From Betaproteobacteria bacterium (GTDB lineage Bacteria; Pseudomonadota; Gammaproteobacteria; Burkholderiales; CAIKXV01), in the NCBI GenBank assembly GCA_947458265.1, contig CANGYF010000002.1, positions 121,797 through 185,796 on the forward strand: a DNA stretch of 64,000 bases, in the 5' to 3' direction. This document shows positions 57,682 to 64,000 of the stretch, one piece after another. The translations under genes and the position numbers were made by a program. Position 1 is the first letter of the stretch, and every line of letters starts with the position of its first letter. Below the pieces are notes generated by a model, which made no database searches, had not been told where the DNA came from, and saw only the letters and a list, made by a program, of their open reading frames with translations.

Positions 57682-58575
57682 ATGCCCTCTCCCTCCGCCC
57701 GCCAGCGCCTGCGCGAACGCCTGACCTCCGGTCCGATGGTCGTCGCGCCCGGCATCTACGACGCCTATGGGGCCCGCCTGACCGAGATGGCCGGCTTCGA
57801 GGCCGTGTACATGACCGGCAACGGCGTCTCCGCCAGCCTGCTCGGCCGCGCCGATGTCGGCCTCATCGACCTCACCCTGTTCTCGCAGCATGCGCACCGC
57901 GCCGCGGCGGCAGTCGAGATCCCGCTGATCTGCGATGCGGACACCGGCTACGGCAATGCGGTGAACGTGCGCCGGACGGTCGAGGAGTTCGAGTACGGTG
58001 GCGTCGCGGCGATCCACCTGGAAGACCAGGTGATGCCGAAGAAATGCGGCCATATCCCGGGCGCGCGCCCGGTGGTGTCGCTGCTCGAACATGCGAAGAA
58101 GATCGAGGCGGCGGTGGCGGCGCGGCGCGATCCGGACTTCATCATCATCGCCCGCACCGACGCGGCCGGCGGACTCGGACTCGACGAGGCGATCGCGCGG
58201 GCGAAGGCCTACCGATCGGCCGGCGCGGACGTGGTGTTCGTCGAGATGAAGAACAGCCCGACGCTGCTCGACGACATGAAGCGCGTGACCAGCTCGGTCG
58301 ACGCGCCGGCACTGGTCAACGTCGAGGAGAGCGGTGCGCTCGGGCAACTGACCGCCGCGCAACTCGAGGCCCTCGGTTTCCGCATCGCGATCTACCCGGG
58401 GCTCGCGCGCTATGCCGCCGGCTTCGGCATCCGCCACGCGCTCGACGCTCTCAGGCGCGACGGCAATACGAAGGGCGCGCGCGACCGCATGCTGTCGTTC
58501 AAGGACTACAACGAGGCGCTGAAGCTCGACGACATCGTCGAGTGGGAAGGCAAATACCTTCCGCCGGCCGGCTGA
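57682..58575 (+). CDS. Isocitrate lyase/PEP mutase family lyase (PrpB / 2,3-dimethylmalate lyase-like)
   Basis: APGIYD, DADTGYG, HLEDQ..PKKCGH, IARTDA. Confidence 0.9.
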   Translation: MPSPSARQRLRERLTSGPMVVAPGIYDAYGARLTEMAGFEAVYMTGNGVSASLLGRADVGLIDLTLFSQHAHRAAAAVEIPLICDADTGYGNAVNVRRTVEEFEYGGVAAIHLEDQVMPKKCGHIPGARPVVSLLEHAKKIEAAVAARRDPDFIIIARTDAAGGLGLDEAIARAKAYRSAGADVVFVEMKNSPTLLDDMKRVTSSVDAPALVNVEESGALGQLTAAQLEALGFRIAIYPGLARYAAGFGIRHALDALRRDGNTKGARDRMLSFKDYNEALKLDDIVEWEGKYLPPAG

Positions 58576-58692
58576 TCGCGCCGGCCACTGGCACCGATCG
58601 CCACGCACGTCCCTCCGTACTTCCTTCGCCTGGCCCACCAGGGCCTTCCCGACCACAGACCACAGATCCAAACCTGCCCGGAGCTTCCCGCC

Positions 58693-59718
58693 ATGCCGAC
58701 CCTGATGCTTTCGAAGAACTTCATCGACGAACATGCCGCACGGCTGGCGCAGATCGAGAAGGCGAACAACACCACCTTCGAACTGGTGCGGCTCGACACG
58801 AAGCTGGTCTACCTGCCCGACGACATCGCCTCGCGCATCGACGCCGGCTTCCTGTCGCGCGACATCCGCTTCGGCTCGATGTCGCACGCCGGCCACTACG
58901 AGCCGGTGCCGGAAGCCTGCCCGCACTTCTTCAAGCCGATCGACCAGTCGAAGGGCTTCAAGTGGCTGCAGATCGCCAGTGCCGGCATCGACCGCCCGAT
59001 CTACGGTGAACTGATGGCACGCGGCGTCCGCGTCTCGACCGGCGCCGGCACCCATGCCGAGCCGATCGCGCAGACCTCGATCGGCGCGATGCTGATGCTC
59101 TCGCGAGGCTTCATGAAGTGGCTGCCGGCACAGCGTGCGCACGAATGGCATGCACTGCGCGGCGCCGAGACGCCGAAGGACCTGCGCGGGCAGACCATGG
59201 TGATCGTCGGCGTCGGCTCCATCGGCGGCTTCACCGCGCCGATCGCCAAGGCCCTGGGACTGAAGGTGATCGGCGTACGGCGCAGCCCGAAGCGGCCCGA
59301 CGACGTCGTGGACGAAATCGTGCATCCGTCGAAGCTCGATGAGCTGCTGCCGAAGACCGACTGGCTGATGCTCTGCTGCCCGCTGAGCGACGAGACGCGC
59401 GGCATGATCGACGCACGCAGGCTCGCGCTGCTGCCGAAGGGCGCACACCTGCTCAACGTCGCGCGCGGCCCGGTGGTGGTCGAGAACGACCTGATCGCCG
59501 CGCTGCAGTCCGGGCACCTCGCTGGCGCCTACCTCGACGTGTTCGAGACCGAGCCGCTGCAGACCGAGTCGCCGCTGTGGGACATGCCGAACGTGATCTG
59601 CACGCCGCACAACTCGTCGACCTCCGACGGCAACGAGGCGCGGGTGGCGGCGATCTTCCTGGACAACCTCGACCGCTGGTGCAAAGGGCAGCCGCTGGTC
59701 AACGAAGTGAAGGCCTGA
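58693..59718 (+). CDS. D-2-hydroxyacid dehydrogenase family protein
   Basis: SAGID, VGVGSIG, NVARG, LDVFETEPL, TPHNS. Confidence 0.9.
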   Translation: MPTLMLSKNFIDEHAARLAQIEKANNTTFELVRLDTKLVYLPDDIASRIDAGFLSRDIRFGSMSHAGHYEPVPEACPHFFKPIDQSKGFKWLQIASAGIDRPIYGELMARGVRVSTGAGTHAEPIAQTSIGAMLMLSRGFMKWLPAQRAHEWHALRGAETPKDLRGQTMVIVGVGSIGGFTAPIAKALGLKVIGVRRSPKRPDDVVDEIVHPSKLDELLPKTDWLMLCCPLSDETRGMIDARRLALLPKGAHLLNVARGPVVVENDLIAALQSGHLAGAYLDVFETEPLQTESPLWDMPNVICTPHNSSTSDGNEARVAAIFLDNLDRWCKGQPLVNEVKA

Positions 59719-59719
59719 C

Positions 59720-60424
59720 ATGAAGACACTGCACATCATCAGTGCCGGCGCGATGCAGGCGGTGGTGACCGAACTGGTCCCGGTATTCGAGCAGTCCTCG
59801 GGGGCGAAGGTATCGGCCACCTTCGGCGCGGTCGGCCAGCAGAAGGCACGCGTGCTGGCCGGCGAGCCGGCCGACGTGATCCTGCTCACCCCGGAGATGC
59901 TCGACGACCTGTCCACGACCGGCTGGGTAGTGCCGGGATCGCAGCGTACGCTCGGCCGGGTCGGCATGGGCGTGGTGGTGCCCAAGGGACACCCGCCGGT
60001 GGATGTTTCGACGCCGGAGGCCCTGCGCGCGACGATGCTCGCCGCGACGCTGGTGGTCTATCCCGATCCGCAGATCGCGTCCGCCGGGCGCAACTTCGAC
60101 AATGCACTGGTGAGCCTGGGCATCCGCGATGCACTGGCCGACCGCATCCGCCATTTCCCGAACGGCAACGTGTCGATGACCTGGCTGGGCGAACAGCGCA
60201 TCCCGGGCTCGATCGGCGTCACCCAGGTAAGCGAGATCAAGCCGATACCGACCATCGACCTGCTGCCCGCGTTCCCTGCCGAACTGCAGGTGATCACCGC
60301 ATACGGCGCAGCCCGCGCCGCGAAGGCCAGCGAACCCGCGCTCGGTCAGGCCTTCTTCGACCTGCTGTGCTCCGCGCGCGGGCGCGAGGTGATCGTCGAC
60401 GCCGGCTTCGCGCCGGTCGACTGA
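59720..60424 (+). CDS. ModA-like substrate-binding-fold protein lacking a signal peptide
   Basis: SAGAM, FGAVG, GEPADV.LL, PDP..SAG, QVSEI, PAELQ..T.Y; starts directly with the first beta strand. Confidence 0.78.
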   Translation: MKTLHIISAGAMQAVVTELVPVFEQSSGAKVSATFGAVGQQKARVLAGEPADVILLTPEMLDDLSTTGWVVPGSQRTLGRVGMGVVVPKGHPPVDVSTPEALRATMLAATLVVYPDPQIASAGRNFDNALVSLGIRDALADRIRHFPNGNVSMTWLGEQRIPGSIGVTQVSEIKPIPTIDLLPAFPAELQVITAYGAARAAKASEPALGQAFFDLLCSARGREVIVDAGFAPVD

Positions 60425-60505
60425 GCCTGCCGCCGCGGCGTGCATCGGCCCTCCGGACGGGTTAGAGTCCCCGCCAAACAAGGACGATCTTCCGGAGGAG
60501 CATAG

Positions 60506-61501
60506 ATGACATCGACCGTAGAACGGCATGGTTCCGAGCGCTTGCTGGCGATCCTGGGTGCATCCGCAGCCCTGCTCGCCCCCCTGACGGCCGCGGCCCA
60601 GCCGGCATTCCCGGTCAAGCCTATCCGCCTGATCTGCCCGTTCACCCCGGGCGGCCCGACCGACCAGACCGCACGGCTGATCGCGCAGAAGGTCACCGAG
60701 GCCTGGGGCCAGCAGGTCGTGGTCGAGAACCGTGGCGGCGCCAACGGCAACATCGGCATGGAGCTGGCGGTGAAGTCGCCGCCCGACGGCTACACCTGGG
60801 TGATCGCGACGGTCGGCACGATCGCGGTGAATCCGTCGCTCTACAAGCTGCCGTTCGACATGCTGAAGGACTTCGCGCCGGTGATCCACCTGACCAGTTC
60901 CCCAGCGGTACTGGTGGTCAATCCGTCGCTGCCGGTGAAGTCGGTGAAGGAACTGATCGCGCTGGCGAGGAAGCGCCCTGGCGAACTCACCTTCGGGTCG
61001 TCCGGCTCGGGTGGGCTCGGACACATCTCCGGCGAGATGTTCAAGCAGCTCGCCGGGCTCGACATGGTGCACGTGCCCTACAAGAGTTCCGCCCCGGCCC
61101 TGGTGGACCTGCTCGGCGGCCAGACCTCGATGCAGTTCGAGAACACGATCACCGCCACGCCGCATATCCGCAGCGGCCGGCTGCGCGCACTGGCGGTCAC
61201 CACCGAGACGCGCTCCCCGGTGCTGCCCGGCGTGCCGACGGTCGCCGAATCCGGACTGCCCGGGTACGCGAACAACTCCTGGAACGGCATACTGGTGCCG
61301 GCCGGGGTGCCGCGCGAGATCGTCGGCCGGATCAACGCCGAACTGGTGCGCATCCTGAAGGAACCGGACGTGCGCGAACGCCTGACCAGCGTCGGCGCCG
61401 AGATCGCCGGCAGCACGCCCGAGGCATTCGGCGCGATGATCCGGTCGGAGATCGAGAAGCTGGCCAAGGTGGTGAAGACCGCGAAGGTCCGGATCGACTG
61501 A
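60506..61501 (+). CDS. Bug/TctC substrate-binding protein
   Basis: FPVKPIRLICPFTPGG, ENRGGANG, HVPYK, VPTVAE. Confidence 0.93.
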   Translation: MTSTVERHGSERLLAILGASAALLAPLTAAAQPAFPVKPIRLICPFTPGGPTDQTARLIAQKVTEAWGQQVVVENRGGANGNIGMELAVKSPPDGYTWVIATVGTIAVNPSLYKLPFDMLKDFAPVIHLTSSPAVLVVNPSLPVKSVKELIALARKRPGELTFGSSGSGGLGHISGEMFKQLAGLDMVHVPYKSSAPALVDLLGGQTSMQFENTITATPHIRSGRLRALAVTTETRSPVLPGVPTVAESGLPGYANNSWNGILVPAGVPREIVGRINAELVRILKEPDVRERLTSVGAEIAGSTPEAFGAMIRSEIEKLAKVVKTAKVRID

Positions 61502-61604
61502 GCGGCGCCCCGGGAGTAAAGTGCAGGGGTAGCCGGAACATCATCCAACCGCGGCCGGACGCAGACGCCCACGTCGAAGTCGCCGCGATCCCGAGGAGAC
61601 AGAC

Positions 61605-62072
61605 ATGACCCAGTCGCGCGTTCCCGTGCATCACATCAATATCGGCTGCCGCCGTTCGGACCTGCCGAAGATCGAGGCGTTCTACGAAGGGCTGCTGGGC
61701 CTGAAGATCGGCTATCGCCCGCCGTTCCCGTCCGAGGGCATCTGGATGTACGACGGCGACCACCCGCTGCTCCATGTCGTCGTGCGCTTCCCGGAAGACT
61801 GGACCGGCATCGACGAGGCACATTCGGGCTACGACCACACCGCCTACCACTGCGTCGGCATCGACGAGTACCGGTCGCGGATCAAGGCCCTCGGCGTCGA
61901 GTACGAAGAGCAGCTGGTGTCGACCAATGCCTACCAGGTGTTCACCAAGGACCCGGTCGGCAACAAGGTCGAGCTGATCTTCCCGGACGAGACGGTAGCC
62001 AACGGCGTCGCCGAAGGGACCCTGTCGTCCTCCCAGTTCGGCACCCGTACGAAGATGCCCGAGACCGTCTGA
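61605..62072 (+). CDS. VOC/glyoxalase family protein
   Basis: HHINI, FYEGLLGL..G.RPPF, DHTAY, QVF.KDP.GNKVEL. Confidence 0.85.
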   Translation: MTQSRVPVHHINIGCRRSDLPKIEAFYEGLLGLKIGYRPPFPSEGIWMYDGDHPLLHVVVRFPEDWTGIDEAHSGYDHTAYHCVGIDEYRSRIKALGVEYEEQLVSTNAYQVFTKDPVGNKVELIFPDETVANGVAEGTLSSSQFGTRTKMPETV

Positions 62073-62093
62073 CCGGCATCCGGCAGTACCCCG

Positions 62094-62124
62094 AAGCCGC
62101 GGTTCGGTAGAATCGCGGCTTTTT
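62094..62124 (+). terminator. Putative intrinsic terminator after the VOC gene
   Basis: AAGCCGCGGTTC-ggta-GAATCGCGGCTT with a T5 run at 62120-62124. Confidence 0.55.
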
Positions 62125-62182
62125 CGTGCCCGCCGTGCGCGCTGCATGCGCGCCGCACGCAACCGCCTGCCAGGAGCCGCAC

Positions 62183-63520
62183 ATGGAAGAAGTCACCCGA
62201 ATCCTCGCCCGCTACGTCGTCGAGTCGCGTTTCGAATCGATCCCGGCGACCACCCGGCACCATGCGACGCGCACCTTCGTCAACTGGCTGGGCTGCGCGA
62301 TCGGCGGCTCGCACCATGAGGGCATGGACATCGCGCTGGCCGCGCTGGCGCCGATGGCAGGTGCGGCCCAGGCGTCGGTGCTCGGCCGCAGCGAGCGGCT
62401 GGACATCCTGCATGCCGCGCTGCTCAACGGCATCAGCTCGCACATGTTCGACTTCGACGACACCCACCTGAAGACGGTGATCCATCCGGCCGGCCCGGTG
62501 TGCTCGGCGATCCTGGCCCTGGCCGAGCACCGTCCGGTCAGCGGCGAAGACTTCGTGCATGCGCTGGTGCTGGGCGTCGAGGTCGAGTGCCGGATCGGCA
62601 ACTCGGTCTACCCGAACCACTACGACACCGGCTGGCACATCACCGGCACTGCCGGCGTGATGGGTGCGGCCGCCGCCTGCGGCAAGCTGCTCGGCCTGAA
62701 CGAGCAGCAGATGGTCTGGGCACTGGGCATCGCCGCCACCCAGTCCTCGGGCCTGCGCGAGATGTTCGGCACCATGTGCAAGCCGTTCCATCCGGGCAAT
62801 GCCGCGAAGAACGGCCTGATGTCCGCGCTGCTCGCGGAGAAGAACTTCACCAGCTCGAACCGCGGTATCGAAGCCCCGCGCGGCTTCGCCCACGTGCTGT
62901 CGACGAAGTTCGATCCGTCGGAGATCATCGACGGCCTGGGCAGCACCTTCGAGATCGACCTGAACACCTACAAGCCGTTCGCCTGCGGCATCGTGATCCA
63001 CCCGATCATCGACGCCTGCGTGCAACTGCGCAACGAACACAAGCTCACCGGCGACGAGATCGAGTCGGTGCTGGCGAAGGTGCATCCGCTGGTGCTCGAG
63101 CTCACCGGCAAGAAGACGCCGCAGACCGGGCTGGAAGGCAAGTTCAGCGTCTACCACTCGGCCGCTGCCGGCTTCATCTACGGTGCGGCAGGCGAGCGCG
63201 AGTACAGCGACGCGGTGGTGCGCGACACGAAGGTGGTCGCGCTGCGCGACAAGGTCACCGCGGTGGTCGACAGCACGATGCACGAGGACCAGACCCTGGT
63301 CGAGGTCAGGCTGAAGGACGGCCGCACGCTGAGCAAGTATGTCGAGGCGGCGATCGGCAGCCTGAAGCGGCCGCAGACCGATGCCGACCTGGAGGCGAAG
63401 TTCCGCGGCCTTGCCGAGGACGTGCTGCCGAAGGCGCAGGTGGACAAGGTCCTTGGCCTCGCGTGGAAGGTGGGCGCGCTGGCCAGTGCCGGCGACGTGG
63501 CGGCGGCTGCGCGCAAGTAG
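62183..63520 (+). CDS. MmgE/PrpD family protein
   Basis: AALLNG..SH.FDFDDTH, IHP, GWHITG, GTMCKPFH.G, KPFACG..IHP, KFS. Confidence 0.92.
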   Translation: MEEVTRILARYVVESRFESIPATTRHHATRTFVNWLGCAIGGSHHEGMDIALAALAPMAGAAQASVLGRSERLDILHAALLNGISSHMFDFDDTHLKTVIHPAGPVCSAILALAEHRPVSGEDFVHALVLGVEVECRIGNSVYPNHYDTGWHITGTAGVMGAAAACGKLLGLNEQQMVWALGIAATQSSGLREMFGTMCKPFHPGNAAKNGLMSALLAEKNFTSSNRGIEAPRGFAHVLSTKFDPSEIIDGLGSTFEIDLNTYKPFACGIVIHPIIDACVQLRNEHKLTGDEIESVLAKVHPLVLELTGKKTPQTGLEGKFSVYHSAAAGFIYGAAGEREYSDAVVRDTKVVALRDKVTAVVDSTMHEDQTLVEVRLKDGRTLSKYVEAAIGSLKRPQTDADLEAKFRGLAEDVLPKAQVDKVLGLAWKVGALASAGDVAAAARK

Positions 63521-63579
63521 GCGCGCTACCGCGGGCAGCCCCCGCTCAACCGGGTGCCAGCCACCAGGCCCGGCCCCGG

Positions 63580-64000
63580 CTAGCGCCGGGGTACGGGAAA
63601 CGGCAGCACCGCCGCCGTGGCGTCGCTCAGGCGGAACACCGAACGGCGGTCGTACCGGAAGAGGATGCGCCACTCGGGCGCGGCGTGCTGCGGGCAGCCA
63701 AGCGAGATCACGCCAGCGCCCGACAGCATCATCTCGGCGCGCAGCAGGTGGCATTCGTTGCCGCCATCGGTAGTCACCCAGGTGCCGTTGATGCTCTGGT
63801 CGACCAGGTAGAAGTGCGTGCGGCGAAGCTGGATGGTCAGGTGCAGGCGCGACACCTTCGGCACATCGACCACCAGGTCGCACTTCGACGAACGTCCGAT
63901 GGACACCGAAGGCCGCTCCGCCCGGACCTCGAGCGAGGTCTGGTCCAGTTCGAGCACCAGCGCACCCATGTCGGGTGGGAGCTGGCGGCTGAAATCGAAG
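63580..64000 (-). CDS. FHA-domain protein, 5' end outside the window
   Basis: IGR...CDLVV...VSRLH...LVDQSINGTWV; the frame stays open to the window edge. Confidence 0.82.
   Translation of the reverse strand, partial: FDFSRQLPPDMGALVLELDQTSLEVRAERPSVSIGRSSKCDLVVDVPKVSRLHLTIQLRRTHFYLVDQSINGTWVTTDGGNECHLLRAEMMLSGAGVISLGCPQHAAPEWRILFRYDRRSVFRLSDATAAVLPFPVPRR

Overview
64-kb GC-rich chromosomal segment that looks betaproteobacterial (Burkholderiales/Rhodocyclales-like gene content and order; inferred, not searched). About 60 CDSs. No rRNA, tRNA, CRISPR array, transposase or phage genes were seen. The left half mixes housekeeping genes (aat-bpt, pseudouridine synthase, nth, PduO-type adenosyltransferase, alaC-hom-thrC) with an ompW / CcoI-type Cu-ATPase / Crp-Fnr / DUF2892 / persulfide-dioxygenase-like operon behind a perfect FNR box, a three-domain Rid protein, two cytochromes c and two tandem SulP transporters. 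The right half (29-64 kb) is a dense organic-acid and heterocycle catabolic region without any transcription factor. It holds 8 of the window's 9 Bug/TctC solute receptors and 3 of its 4 class III CoA-transferases, plus an Ich-like hydratase, HMG-CoA-lyase and CitE-like lyases, an intradiol dioxygenase, a fluoroacetate-dehalogenase-like hydrolase, LeuCD-like hydratase, a CoxMSL-type Mo-hydroxylase, an ICL/PEPM lyase, a signal-less ModA-like protein and PrpD. The best non-obvious signals are a complete candidate ~66-nt sRNA gene at 30037-30137 beside a perfect operator-like palindrome, a decayed GMC oxidoreductase relic, a REP-like doublet, and triplicated stop-codon ends on two Bug genes. All functional calls come from motif recognition only; no database searches were run.
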